From the NCBI GenBank assembly GCA_031416075.1, contig JANOSY010000073.1, positions 3,822-67,821 on the forward strand: a stretch of 64,000 nt of DNA. The letters are read 5' to 3'. Numbering within the stretch: position 1 is the stretch's first letter; each line of letters starts with the position of its first letter. The stretch comes from Candidatus Tenderia sp. (GTDB lineage Bacteria > Pseudomonadota > Gammaproteobacteria > Tenderiales > Tenderiaceae). Positions 39,104 to 50,873 of this stretch are shown in pieces. Under the pieces are notes generated by a model. That model worked only from the letters and a program-made list of their open reading frames with translations, had not been told where the DNA came from and did not search any database. The translations under genes were made by a program, and so were the position numbers.

Positions 39104-40027
39104 CTAATCTCTACCTTTTTTATCTTCATTGTTTAACTCACCCTGCTCGGTATTTTGGAGTACCTCTTTCTGTTGCCGCTCAATACGGGCAGCTTCCACC
39201 ATGCTGGGGGTCTCCAACGTAATGCGGCCAATAGCACCTGCCCGGTAATCGTGCAGCAGCACTTCAGATGCCTTATGTAGATCGATAATGCCACCTGTCC
39301 TCAGTCCACCACGTTTGCTGCCAATAAGCTCCAATAGCTCTACTTCGCTTTTGGGCAGCTCTTTTAGTTTATACCGTGCTATTAATGCATCAGGGTATGT
39401 CTGCAATAAAAACTGGGCGGCATACATCGCAACATCTTCATACTCCATGGCGGTATTACGAATAGCACCGGAAATCGCCAGTCGATAGCCGCTATTAATA
39501 TCTTCCATACGTGGCCAGAGAATGCCTGGAGTATCTGACAGATCCATGCCTTCACAAAGACGAATCCGCTGCTGCTTTTTAGTCACTGCTGGCTCATTGC
39601 CAACTTTGGCCAATACCCTGCCCGCCAACGCATTCATTAGGGTTGATTTGCCGACATTAGGAATACCGATGATCATGATACGTGTCGGTTTAAGTGCACT
39701 GTTACGTTCAGGTACAAGCTTGCGCACCAGATCCAGCAGCTGTCGTGTTTGACCTTTCTGTTCTGCGACTAGCGCGACGGCCTTAACGCCTGCTTCCTTC
39801 TCAAAATAGTTTAGCCAGAGCTGGGTCACCAGTGGATCTGCCAGATCATTTTTATTCAGGACCTTGATACAAGGGCGATGTTGTCGTAACTCTGTCACTA
39901 CCGGATTTTCACTGCTATAAGGGATACGCGCATCCATCACTTCGATAACAATATCGATCTGAGGCATGACCTTTTTAATCTCTTTGCACGCCTTGTGCAT
40001 GTGTCCGGGGTACCACTGTACTGCCAT
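39104..40027 (-). CDS. ylqF: Ribosome biogenesis GTPase YlqF/RbgA (circularly permuted GTPase).
   Basis: MAVQWYPGHMHKA N-terminus, permuted G-motifs (VLNKNDL ... GIPNVGKSTLMN ... DTPG). Confidence 0.85.
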   Translation of the reverse strand: MAVQWYPGHMHKACKEIKKVMPQIDIVIEVMDARIPYSSENPVVTELRQHRPCIKVLNKNDLADPLVTQLWLNYFEKEAGVKAVALVAEQKGQTRQLLDLVRKLVPERNSALKPTRIMIIGIPNVGKSTLMNALAGRVLAKVGNEPAVTKKQQRIRLCEGMDLSDTPGILWPRMEDINSGYRLAISGAIRNTAMEYEDVAMYAAQFLLQTYPDALIARYKLKELPKSEVELLELIGSKRGGLRTGGIIDLHKASEVLLHDYRAGAIGRITLETPSMVEAARIERQQKEVLQNTEQGELNNEDKKGRD

Positions 40028-40098
40028 AGCGCTTCTCGTTATTTATAATTGAAGAGGTGGTACGAAATTGACCTGCCAGCGCTGATGATTGAAGACCT

Positions 40099-40587
40099 TT
40101 AACGCCTCAAACCACCAAAAACCTCTGCAAGATTGATATCCCCTTCCTGGGAAAAAGGCAGTGCCATGGCAGACCCGGACAGATGGGCCTTACCGGAGAG
40201 TTTATAACTCACCACTTCTGCCTTTGTGGCTGTCACCCCTTTGAGCTGCTGCAGCAACCCGGCAAGGGTACTCACCGCTTCAACCTCAACCAGCGCCGTA
40301 CCAAAACGAGGCACGGTGACTGGGGCTGCGCTCACGGCTGTCACAAAAGGTTGATTATTAAGTTCCAGGCGCATCTGCAAACCATCAATAGGCAGATCAA
40401 AGTTATTCGGGTTTTGAACACGTACCTGCACACGGTAGCGCTGCTCCAACAGCGTACTCTCTATTAGCGTGATATTGGTTAGGCTAACCTCAGGTCGCTC
40501 AGCCTGTTTCATCATACTGGCGCAACCCGCCAGCAACAGCGCTGCTGCCACAACAAACAGACCTTTCAACAGATTTTCATGCCGCAT
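40099..40587 (-). CDS. LEA_2 / WHy-domain lipoprotein.
   Basis: Lipobox LLLAGCAS. Beta-sandwich-like sequence ...RYRVQVRVQNPNNFDLPIDGLQMRLELNNQPF. Confidence 0.5.
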   Translation of the reverse strand: MRHENLLKGLFVVAAALLLAGCASMMKQAERPEVSLTNITLIESTLLEQRYRVQVRVQNPNNFDLPIDGLQMRLELNNQPFVTAVSAAPVTVPRFGTALVEVEAVSTLAGLLQQLKGVTATKAEVVSYKLSGKAHLSGSAMALPFSQEGDINLAEVFGGLRR

Positions 40588-40692
40588 ATATCATCTCCAG
40601 ATAACCATTAGCCTGCTATTTTACATCACATCAGACAACACAGTACGATCATCCGCCCTTGCAGAGGCCTGTTGCCGGTATAATGCGGTCCT

Positions 40693-42819
<2,127 letters not shown>

Positions 42820-42827
42820 CCCATAAC

Positions 42828-42858
42828 AACCACCCTCCCCTTGCAATATAAAGGGGAA
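42828..42858. terminator. Putative bidirectional terminator between the convergent recQ and minE genes.
   Basis: CCCCTT ... AAGGGG inverted repeat with flanking T-rich sequence. Short stem, moderate support. Confidence 0.3.
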
Positions 42859-42871
42859 GGTGTTTAAGGCG

Positions 42872-43156
42872 TTAACGTCGTGCAGCGGCCTTCGCCTTTT
42901 TTTCATTCTCTGGCAGGGTGATATTCAACTCCAGAATATCAAACCCACCTTCGCGATCCAGATTAACCTTAATGTCACCCAGATCGATATTGGCATATTT
43001 GCTGACAACCGCCAGTAGCTCCTGTTTGAGGGCTGGCAGATAGTCTGGCGCATCATCATTGGTATGTTCATGGGCAAGGATGATCTGCAAACGCTCCTTG
43101 GCGACAGAAGCGCTTTTCTTGTTGCGATTGCGTGTTAGGTAATCGAGGATAGACAT
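42872..43156 (-). CDS. minE: Cell division topological specificity factor MinE.
   Basis: [30 protein letters not shown] is the conserved MinE N-terminus. Confidence 0.9.
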   Translation of the reverse strand: MSILDYLTRNRNKKSASVAKERLQIILAHEHTNDDAPDYLPALKQELLAVVSKYANIDLGDIKVNLDREGGFDILELNITLPENEKKAKAAARR

Positions 43157-43159
43157 GGC

Positions 43160-43969
43160 TTAGGTCCCAAACAGTCGTTGCAGAAAACCCTTTTTCTCGG
43201 GTCCCATAAAGCGCATCGGACGCTCTTCGCCCAGGAAACGCGCCACCAGATCCTGATAAGCCTGACCACTGTTACTGTCATCATCACGCACGACCGGCAC
43301 GCCAGAGTTGGAGGCCTGCAACACTGCGGGGGATTCAGGGATGATACCGAGCAGTTTGATGCCCAGCAGCTCCTGGATATCATCGATGCTAAGCATCTCG
43401 CCACTCTCAACACGGCTGGGTGAGTAGCGTGTGACAACCAGATGTTCCTTGATTGGGTCCAGACCATCTTCAGCACGTTTTGACTTGGCGCTAAGGATAC
43501 CGAGAATGCGGTCAGAGTCACGCACTGACGAAACCTCGGGGTTGGTAACAATCAACGCCTCATCGGCAAAATAGAGCGCCATCAATGCACCACGTTCAAT
43601 ACCGGCAGGTGAGTCACAAACGATAAAATCAAAGCTCTCTTTCAGCTCGTCAATCACCTTACCCACACCCTCTTTGGAGAAGGCATCTTTATCGCGGGTT
43701 TGCGAGGCTGGCAGAATGTAAAGATTGTCGTAGGCCTTATCGCGAATCAGTGCCTGTTTCAGCGTTGCCTCACCATTGATGACGTTGACAAAATCATAGA
43801 CCACACGACGCTCGCACCCCATGATAAGGTCCAAGTTGCGCAGTCCAACATCAAAATCAATAACAACCGTTTTATGACCACGCATGGCCAGACCGGTAGA
43901 AAAACTTGCGCTGGTAGTAGTCTTGCCTACCCCACCCTTGCCTGACGTGACGACAATTACCTTGGACAA
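43160..43969 (-). CDS. minD: Septum site-determining ATPase MinD.
   Basis: MSKVIVVTSGKGGVGKTTTSA deviant Walker A and a C-terminal amphipathic helix ...KKGFLQRLFG. Confidence 0.95.
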   Translation of the reverse strand: MSKVIVVTSGKGGVGKTTTSASFSTGLAMRGHKTVVIDFDVGLRNLDLIMGCERRVVYDFVNVINGEATLKQALIRDKAYDNLYILPASQTRDKDAFSKEGVGKVIDELKESFDFIVCDSPAGIERGALMALYFADEALIVTNPEVSSVRDSDRILGILSAKSKRAEDGLDPIKEHLVVTRYSPSRVESGEMLSIDDIQELLGIKLLGIIPESPAVLQASNSGVPVVRDDDSNSGQAYQDLVARFLGEERPMRFMGPEKKGFLQRLFGT

Positions 43970-44077
43970 GGTTGCCTCCTTAATTCACTCAAAATGGACT
44001 CAATCACTGTTGCATCTATTCGATGCAACGACCGTTTTATTATTCGCTTCCTAACACCTGCTAACCACACACGCACC

Positions 44078-44872
44078 TTAAAGCAGTGGTGCGACTAACA
44101 GCTGCGTGCCCTCAAGGTACGCCTGCACAGGTTTGCCACGTAGCGTGGCTGGCTGTGACGCTTCATAAACCTGATAGTTACCCGCAATAGCCAGCAGCTC
44201 CGCCTCCATGGACTGGGTAAAGATACGGGCACTCTCATCCCCCAATACCCCCGCCATCGCACGACCACGCAAAGGGGCATATATATGGATGTTGCCGTCA
44301 GCAATCACCTCAGCCCCTGCGTTAACCTGAGCCATCACAATAAGATCACCGCCCTGGGCATAAATCTGCTGACCCGAGCGTACCGGTTGCCGTATCACAC
44401 GGGTAGGACGGGTCACCGCCTGTGCCAGAACCGGCGCTTCAACCTTGGGAGACTCTTCTGTCTGCTTTTTAGTCGCTGTCGTTGGCACAGCCCCACCCTT
44501 AAGCACAGCCAAACCGGCGGCTATTGCTGCCGCGTTTTGCATCTCTGTTCCGTGACGAATTCCAACGGGGACCAACTGATGGCAACGTAGCAACGTCGCC
44601 AGTGTCGATAACTCAAGCACACCATCATCATCCCGCAGGTGCTCAAGATCAATCACAACCGGGGCATTTTCAAAAAATGCGAGATGTTTGGCCAGCTGCT
44701 GGGAGAGCGTTTCACCAATCTCCTGCACATCAGCGCTATACAGCCGCAGTACAGGCAGTGTAAACATCGATCCTTTAATTTCGACTGCACGATGAGTGTC
44801 AGGTGTCACGGATGCCTCTATTTTCCTAGCATCGGATTGCAACGTTGCAAACCCTCCAAGTTGTTCAGCCAC
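44078..44872 (-). CDS. minC: Septum formation inhibitor MinC. The listed start is probably too far upstream; the true start is likely about 25 codons in.
   Basis: ...IKGSMFTLPVLRL... aligns with the extreme N-terminus of MinC in other bacteria. C-terminal beta-helix region ...GNIHIYAPLRGRAMAG. Confidence 0.8.
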   Translation of the reverse strand: MAEQLGGFATLQSDARKIEASVTPDTHRAVEIKGSMFTLPVLRLYSADVQEIGETLSQQLAKHLAFFENAPVVIDLEHLRDDDGVLELSTLATLLRCHQLVPVGIRHGTEMQNAAAIAAGLAVLKGGAVPTTATKKQTEESPKVEAPVLAQAVTRPTRVIRQPVRSGQQIYAQGGDLIVMAQVNAGAEVIADGNIHIYAPLRGRAMAGVLGDESARIFTQSMEAELLAIAGNYQVYEASQPATLRGKPVQAYLEGTQLLVAPLL

Positions 44873-45064
44873 TTTAGTTAAGCCTGACGAACGCCAGAAT
44901 TTGCGGCTACTTTAACATAGCCACGACTACGACTGGAACCATATTGTCCTAGCCACAACAATCGAACAGACACACTCACACACTTAAGCGAAGCTTTATA
45001 ACCGCACCGCAACTTCCGCAACTACTTTATAATGAGTTCAAGTGTGTGAAGATCGAGTAGCCTG

Positions 45065-45988
45065 ATGGCCATCCCTATCAACAAAGTCCAAACCGAAAAC
45101 CTGCTGAAGCTGGCAACCTATGCTTCTGTTGGCACGGCGCTATTACTAATTTCAGCCAAAACAGTCGCTTATTGGCACACCGATTCTGTCAGTATTCTGG
45201 CGTCACTCATTGACTCCCTCATGGATGCGGGCGCATCGCTGATCAACCTGCTGGCGGTGCACTACGCCCTGTCGCCACCAGACAAAGAACATCGCTACGG
45301 TCACGGCAAGGCTGAATCGGTGGCGGGTTTGGCGCAGGCCACCTTTATTGCTGGTTCTGGGGTCTATCTCATCGTGCACTCGGTTGAGCGGCTGCTTAAC
45401 CCGCAACCGATCATGGCGCTCGATATCGGTCTCTGGGTCATGGGATTCTCTATTATTGCCACCACCATATTGATGTTTTTTCAACATCACGTCATTCGTC
45501 AGACCCAATCCACAGCGATTCGGGCCGATGCCCTGCATTACAAAACCGACCTATTTACCAATGTGGCCATCATTGCCGCACTGCTGCTGTCGCAGATTGG
45601 CTGGCTGGGTATTGACCCACTCTTTGCCCTGGGAATTGCCGCTTACGTCCTCTATAGCTCATGGCAGATTGGTAACGAGGCCTTTCATGACCTAATCGAC
45701 CACGAACTGCCCGATGAGAAACGCAAACAGATCATCCAGATTGCCAAATCACAACAGGGTGTTCTGGGTGTGCACGATCTACGTACCCGACTCTCAGGTC
45801 GTACCGAATACATACAGATGCATCTGGAGCTGCCCGATGAGTTATCCCTGATACAGGCACATATCATCGCTGACGGTGTGGAAAAAGCGATTAAACGGGC
45901 CTTCCCAGCAGCAGACATTGTCATTCATCAGGATCCCATCAGCACGGTTAACCTGGACCTGGTGCCTGTTACAGGTAAAAACGGCTAG
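45065..45988 (+). CDS. fieF: Cation diffusion facilitator family metal efflux transporter (FieF/YiiP-like).
   Basis: Six-TM N-terminal domain with SLIDSLMDAGASL and HYKTDLFTNV metal-site motifs, plus a C-terminal cytoplasmic domain. Confidence 0.85.
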   Translation: MAIPINKVQTENLLKLATYASVGTALLLISAKTVAYWHTDSVSILASLIDSLMDAGASLINLLAVHYALSPPDKEHRYGHGKAESVAGLAQATFIAGSGVYLIVHSVERLLNPQPIMALDIGLWVMGFSIIATTILMFFQHHVIRQTQSTAIRADALHYKTDLFTNVAIIAALLLSQIGWLGIDPLFALGIAAYVLYSSWQIGNEAFHDLIDHELPDEKRKQIIQIAKSQQGVLGVHDLRTRLSGRTEYIQMHLELPDELSLIQAHIIADGVEKAIKRAFPAADIVIHQDPISTVNLDLVPVTGKNG

Positions 45989-45995
45989 ACAACCG

Positions 45996-46736
45996 TTATT
46001 CATAGCCGCCATCACTAATGATCTTGCGCCCTTCAGCGCTACCGATAAATTGCCACAACTGTGTCGCCACCGGATTTTTCTTGCCGGTTTCCAACACCAC
46101 CATCTGCTGTTCGATGGGGTTATGCAGGGTTGCCGGCACCAGCCAATAGCTCCCTTTACCCGTCCACTCCGCCTGTTTAATCTGCGCCAGTGCAATAAAT
46201 GCGCTATCAGCACTGCCACTGATTGCAAATTGAAATGCCTGGGCGATGTTCTGGCCACGTATCAGGGTTTTTTGTAATCCACGCCACTGATTAAGCTGTA
46301 TCAATGTCTGCTGTGCAGCCAGACCGTAAGGGGCCGTTTCGGGGTTGGCAATCGCCACCCGGCCAGCCAACCCTTTTTTCAACACCCCCCCTTCACTATA
46401 TATATAGCTAGGATTACTGCTCCAAAGCACCAGACGCCCCACCGCGTAGCGTATGCGGGTAGCGGCCAGCGCTTTGCCTTGTAATACCAGCTTTTCAGGA
46501 CGCTCCGCATCGGCGGAAAGAAACAGCTCATAGGGGGCTCCATTCATGATCTGTGCGTATAACGCACCGGTAGAGCCAAAGCTGGTGGCTACCTTGTGGC
46601 CTGTTTTCTCTGTAAAACGGTCGGCCAGCCGCTCAAAGGTGGCCCCAAAATTAGCCGCCACCGCAACACTCACCTCGCCCGCCCAACCGCTTCCATTACC
46701 CACAAAAAGCAATACCACTGCCAACCACCGCTTCAT
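45996..46736 (-). CDS. modA: Molybdate-binding periplasmic protein ModA. It is an orphan: no modBC adjacent.
   Basis: Start taken at MKRWLAVVLLFVGNGSGWA (signal peptide). The mature protein begins GEVSVAVAANFGATFERLADRF...ATSFGSTGALYAQIMNGAPYELFLSAD, typical of ModA. Confidence 0.8.
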   Translation of the reverse strand: MKRWLAVVLLFVGNGSGWAGEVSVAVAANFGATFERLADRFTEKTGHKVATSFGSTGALYAQIMNGAPYELFLSADAERPEKLVLQGKALAATRIRYAVGRLVLWSSNPSYIYSEGGVLKKGLAGRVAIANPETAPYGLAAQQTLIQLNQWRGLQKTLIRGQNIAQAFQFAISGSADSAFIALAQIKQAEWTGKGSYWLVPATLHNPIEQQMVVLETGKKNPVATQLWQFIGSAEGRKIISDGGYE

Positions 46737-46862
46737 CAACCACTCCCGATTTTTGCAATACCGGCAGACTGGCGATACACATCCCGTCCTAATCATTCCC
46801 GGCCATATCGATTACAATGCCACTAATATTGATCTGATTGCTATTTTTAAGGACACCCCCCT

Positions 46863-48248
46863 TTGAACGACACCCCCTTCTCCACCCTGAAGCTCAACCC
46901 GGCCCTGCTGGATAACGTCCTATCACTGGGATATGAGGCCATGACCCCCATACAGGCCCTCAGCCTACCACCCATTCTGGCTGGGAAAGATGTCATTGCC
47001 CAAGGCAAAACAGGCTCTGGCAAAACAGCTGCCTTCTCCCTGGGGCTGCTCCAAGGGCTTAATATCAGACGCTTTTGCATTCAGGCACTCATCCTCTGCC
47101 CAACACGGGAGCTGGCAGACCAGGTCGCCAACGAAATCCGCAAACTAGGCAGAACCCTCAACAATTTAAAGGTACTGACACTCTGCGGCGGCACGCCGTT
47201 TGGGCCACAGGTCGGCTCTCTGGAACACGGCACCCACGTAGTGGTGGGTACCCCAGGACGTATCGCCGACCACCTGCGTCGAGAAACACTGGACCTAAGC
47301 AACCTGCAAATATTGGTGCTGGATGAGGCGGACCGCATGCTTGATATGGGATTTCAGGCGGAGATCGAGGCGATTATCAAGCAGACTCCCACACAGCGTC
47401 AAACCCTGTTATTCAGCGCCACCTTTCCGGAACAGATTGATACCATCGCCCAGCGGATCATGAACGACCCCGTCACCGTGCAGGCCATCAGCACCCATGA
47501 CAACAGCACCATCCAGCAGCACTTCTATCAGGTAGAGGATAGCGACCGGCTGACAGCCCTGCGTCTGCTGTTATTAGAGTTTCGCCCCGCCTCGGCGGTT
47601 GTCTTTTGCAACACCAAAATCAACACCGCAGCGGTGGCCGACGAACTGCGTGGCCACGGTTTTAGCGTGTTGGCACTGCACGGTGATCTGGAGCAGCGAG
47701 ACCGCGACCAGACCCTGGCACGGTTTGCCAACAAAAGCGCCTCCATCCTGGTCGCCACCGATGTGGCCGCCCGCGGCCTCGACATCGACACCCTCGATGC
47801 CGTCATTAACTACGACATCGCCCGCGACGCCGAAACCCACGTCCACCGCATTGGTCGCACGGGCCGGGCAGGCAGCAATGGCATCGCCTGCACCCTTTAT
47901 AGTGAAAAAGAACGTGGCAAAATCGCCCGCATTGAACTCTACCTGGATCAGGCAATGGAGAGTCAGCCACTGCCACCACTCACCCTGCTCGACCACCCCC
48001 CCTACACACCGCCCATGACAACGCTGCAGATCGATGGTGGCAAAAAACAGAAAGTACGCCCCGGTGACATCCTCGGGGCGTTAACCGGTGAGGCCGGCAT
48101 CACCGGCCAACAGGTAGGCAAAATTCAGGTCTTTGAAAACTTTGCCCTGGTTGCCGTCAACCGCGATGCAACCAAAGCAGCGCTCCAGAAACTGACCGAC
48201 GGCAAACTCAAGGGGCGCTCATTCCGGGTAAGAGAGATACGGGGCTAA
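46863..48248 (+). CDS. dbpA: ATP-dependent RNA helicase DbpA (DEAD-box) with a C-terminal 23S rRNA-binding domain.
   Basis: Q-motif/Walker A AQGKTGSGKTAAF, DEAD (LDEADRML), SAT, HRIGRTGRAG. The C-terminal DbpA RNA-binding domain ends ...KGRSFRVREI. Confidence 0.9.
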   Translation: MNDTPFSTLKLNPALLDNVLSLGYEAMTPIQALSLPPILAGKDVIAQGKTGSGKTAAFSLGLLQGLNIRRFCIQALILCPTRELADQVANEIRKLGRTLNNLKVLTLCGGTPFGPQVGSLEHGTHVVVGTPGRIADHLRRETLDLSNLQILVLDEADRMLDMGFQAEIEAIIKQTPTQRQTLLFSATFPEQIDTIAQRIMNDPVTVQAISTHDNSTIQQHFYQVEDSDRLTALRLLLLEFRPASAVVFCNTKINTAAVADELRGHGFSVLALHGDLEQRDRDQTLARFANKSASILVATDVAARGLDIDTLDAVINYDIARDAETHVHRIGRTGRAGSNGIACTLYSEKERGKIARIELYLDQAMESQPLPPLTLLDHPPYTPPMTTLQIDGGKKQKVRPGDILGALTGEAGITGQQVGKIQVFENFALVAVNRDATKAALQKLTDGKLKGRSFRVREIRG

Positions 48249-48257
48249 TCCCCCACC

Positions 48258-49148
48258 TCACGGCTCTACCGGGTCAGCGGGGTGGATTTTGGGTTCCTGG
48301 TAGGCGGTGTTGATGGTATACCCCTGTGCCGCCAGGGCTTTTTCCTTGGCGTAACGTTCCCGTTTCATCCCTTTAATCTTCTCAACCCAAAGGGTTTGCC
48401 ACTGCTCACGCTGTTCACCGGCAAACTGCCGTTTGGCCTCTTCCACTTTACTATTGATAGAGAAGCTCAGCAGATAGGCACCGGGTTTATCGGGGTCCAT
48501 CCGTTTAATGTCGCGGCGGATGGCAAGCGTCATAAACAGGTCATCGGCATAGAGGTACCAGGTACCTTCAACGGACATCCACTCCTCCAGGGTGGGGACG
48601 TAATCAACGGGAAGTCCCAGCCCCATGCTCTCTTCGGCGACATAATGGTAGGCCTCTTCGCCACTCAGCCTAGGGTCGTCATAAAAGAGATTCTGTTTCC
48701 ACCCCGCCTTAAGCAGTTTCTGCAGGAACAGAATGAGATGTTTTCTGGCATCGTCGTGGGAGATGAGACCTGTAGGGGTAATACTGGCAGATATATGGAA
48801 TTTATATATTCCCTCTTGCGGATTGCTGAGATCTTCCGTGCCCATCACACCAAGCGCCCGGGGGACATCAAAGCTATGCTCCCCATGCTCGAGGTAGACG
48901 GTGCCAGGTTTTTTTGTCTCCCAATCGAGGCTATAGAAATTGAGGCCAGCGGGCTGGCGGTCGATGTTGTTGCTGTCCAGCCCGGTACGTTCGAGGAACT
49001 GGGGGCCGGTTTCACCAATCCTGATACGGATGCTGGTCGGTTTCATGGTGTGCATGGCGTTGTACATGGGTGTCTCTCCAGGAGAAGTATTGTTGCAGGC
49101 GACTGGCAGCAGCGGAAACAGTAATAGGCCAAGAATCCAGCAGCGCAT
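48258..49148 (-). CDS. Lipoprotein of unknown function; candidate immunity protein for the upstream putative effector.
   Basis: Start taken at MRCWILGLLLFPLLPVAC (lipobox LPVAC). Begins 1 nt after the stop of the 337-aa gene. No recognisable enzymatic motif. Confidence 0.45.
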   Translation of the reverse strand: MRCWILGLLLFPLLPVACNNTSPGETPMYNAMHTMKPTSIRIRIGETGPQFLERTGLDSNNIDRQPAGLNFYSLDWETKKPGTVYLEHGEHSFDVPRALGVMGTEDLSNPQEGIYKFHISASITPTGLISHDDARKHLILFLQKLLKAGWKQNLFYDDPRLSGEEAYHYVAEESMGLGLPVDYVPTLEEWMSVEGTWYLYADDLFMTLAIRRDIKRMDPDKPGAYLLSFSINSKVEEAKRQFAGEQREQWQTLWVEKIKGMKRERYAKEKALAAQGYTINTAYQEPKIHPADPVEP

Positions 49149-49149
49149 C

Positions 49150-50163
49150 TCAGTAGACCCAGCGGGCGTCGGGTGAGTCAACCCAGCGGGCGATGGTGGC
49201 TAGTTCGTCCACCATATGGTCTGTTCGTCCCAGCATTAAGTCATGGAACAGTGTAGCTGCCTTCTCAATCCACTTCATACGACTCTCAAAATCCTCCACC
49301 ACCATGTCGTCGGGGGCTACCGATTTGAGTTGTGGATTGCGGGTGGAGCAGGCGTGGGTAAAGACGATCTGGTAGGTGGGGGCGGCCCAGCGCCAGTAGG
49401 TACGTTCCCGTACCAGCCATTTTTTGAAGATGGGGTCTTCGTAGATCAGCGGTTGCAGCACCTCATCCTGCTCATGGTTGGCGATGGCCATCAGGTGTTT
49501 GAGTTGAATGTCTTCTCGTCTTTTTGAAGGGACCATCTTCTCGATCTGCACCACATAGCGGAACCCCTCTATCAAGTGTGATGTAGCCTGAAAATGGTCA
49601 ACTTTGTCCAGGGATTTGCTGGCCCAGGGCAGATCATTGACGGCCTGTTTGACTGGCGACTCCAGCTGATTGGCGTGGCGTTTGTCGATGCAGGCCATGC
49701 CGCTGAAGAAGTGGTGTGGATAGTGGTTGTAAAACCAGTGGGCGGGGGCGATGTCGCTGTAGAGCCAGAGGTTGCCCTGCCCCAGGCCGTTGGCAACCTC
49801 CTCGGCATCAAGCGGGGTGATATTGCCAACCAGATAAGCGGACTGTATCTGGAAGGTGTCGAGCAGGCAGGCGACGGTTTTGCTGGCAAAGGCGGCCAGC
49901 GCCATCCAGTAGTAGCGGCCCCGTTTGCTGGGGTCACCGCCCGCCTCTGTCTCCAGATAGAAACGGGCGTAGGTGGCGGCAATGCGACGGGCGCGGGCGG
50001 CATACAGGCCGATCAGCTTGTATTGGCCATTGCCCTTTTTATCCGATAGACGCAGATAGGAGAACTGCTGCGCCTGTGACCAGAGCAGGTCGCAGTTGGC
50101 GGTGATTGTATGTTGCTTGTTGGGGGCGTCGTTGCGGGCGTTGATCGGGTATTCAAGTGGCAT
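49150..50163 (-). CDS. Hypothetical 337-aa protein; candidate cargo effector delivered via the adjacent PAAR-like protein.
   Basis: Starts 5 nt after the stop of the DUF4150 gene. No signal peptide. No motif recognised (His-rich patch WFYNHYPHHFF). Followed by a lipoprotein gene, which is the classic effector/immunity arrangement. Confidence 0.4.
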   Translation of the reverse strand: MPLEYPINARNDAPNKQHTITANCDLLWSQAQQFSYLRLSDKKGNGQYKLIGLYAARARRIAATYARFYLETEAGGDPSKRGRYYWMALAAFASKTVACLLDTFQIQSAYLVGNITPLDAEEVANGLGQGNLWLYSDIAPAHWFYNHYPHHFFSGMACIDKRHANQLESPVKQAVNDLPWASKSLDKVDHFQATSHLIEGFRYVVQIEKMVPSKRREDIQLKHLMAIANHEQDEVLQPLIYEDPIFKKWLVRERTYWRWAAPTYQIVFTHACSTRNPQLKSVAPDDMVVEDFESRMKWIEKAATLFHDLMLGRTDHMVDELATIARWVDSPDARWVY

Positions 50164-50168
50164 TGCCG

Positions 50169-50831
50169 TTACCCCTCCTGGCCATCTGGGGTGGCACTGA
50201 AGTTTTCCCAGAGGATGTAGCAGTCGATGCTCTCATCCTTTTCGGTGGAGGCGATGGTGGTTTTGCCGTAGAGGGTGGTTTTTTGCGGATTCTCCTGCCC
50301 GTCCACGGGCGTGGCGGCGGCCACGGTCTGGTATTTGATCCCCTGCAGGGGTTGCCCCAGCTCATCCACCACCTGAAAGCGCAAGGTGTAGAGGGGTTCG
50401 ATCACATCATCGGGGATATCCACCGGCGCGGTGGCGGCACCGTAGGTCATGCCGATGGTATTGCGGTTGTTCATGGTGGTGGCGTCCATGTGCCGTACTA
50501 CCCCCTCCCCTTCGGCCTTGACGTCGAAGGAGTAGCTGACAAAGTGGGTTTTGTCGCCGGTGGTGCCGGAGGCCACCCCGGTGGCGCTGCCTGCCTGGTC
50601 GCCGCTGCACCGGGTGTGAATGGAGCTGGCGATGGCGGTGGGGTGGCCGTCGATGGTGACGGTGGTGGTGGCCCCGGCCAGATCACCCGCCTGGCTGCTG
50701 ACACCGTAGGGGATCGGCGGGATGCTATTGCCCATGGGGGTTTTGCAGACATCCGGCGCACTGGAGAGTGAGGTATCACCACTGCCGACGTGGCTGAAGT
50801 TGCGGTTGTTGGCAAATACGCTGCGGGTCAT
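50169..50831 (-). CDS. DUF4150 (PAAR-like) domain protein, a T6SS spike-tip adaptor/effector carrier.
   Basis: PDVCKTPMGNSIPPIPYGVSSQ ... HPTAIASSIHTRCSGDQAGSATGVASGTTGDKTHFVSYSFDVKAEGEGVVRHMDATTMNNRNT is the DUF4150 signature recalled from Tse7 (PA0099)-type proteins. Has an extra C-terminal tail of about 90 aa. Confidence 0.65.
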   Translation of the reverse strand: MTRSVFANNRNFSHVGSGDTSLSSAPDVCKTPMGNSIPPIPYGVSSQAGDLAGATTTVTIDGHPTAIASSIHTRCSGDQAGSATGVASGTTGDKTHFVSYSFDVKAEGEGVVRHMDATTMNNRNTIGMTYGAATAPVDIPDDVIEPLYTLRFQVVDELGQPLQGIKYQTVAAATPVDGQENPQKTTLYGKTTIASTEKDESIDCYILWENFSATPDGQEG

Positions 50832-50873
50832 GGAGGCTCCCTGCCTGTTGGTTATCTAGCTGTGGCGAACAGT

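Noticed and set aside
47574-48018. Overlapping 139-140 aa ORFs on both strands inside dbpA (47574..47996 on the minus strand, 47599..48018 on the plus strand).
   Set aside because: They lie entirely within a well-supported DEAD-box helicase gene in a GC-rich region, where long stop-free antisense frames arise by chance. They have no motifs or RBS support.
48282-49124. 280-aa plus-strand ORF antisense to the lipoprotein gene.
   Set aside because: It has no signal or motif and is low complexity. The minus-strand reading has a clear lipobox and operon context.
49572-50831. Multiple long Pro/Gly/Arg-rich ORFs overlapping the T6SS-island genes (49572..50003, 49594..50049, 50157..50771, 50498..50815, 50407..50610).
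   Set aside because: Their composition is typical of out-of-frame translation of GC-rich DNA, and they overlap better-supported genes with recognisable domains.
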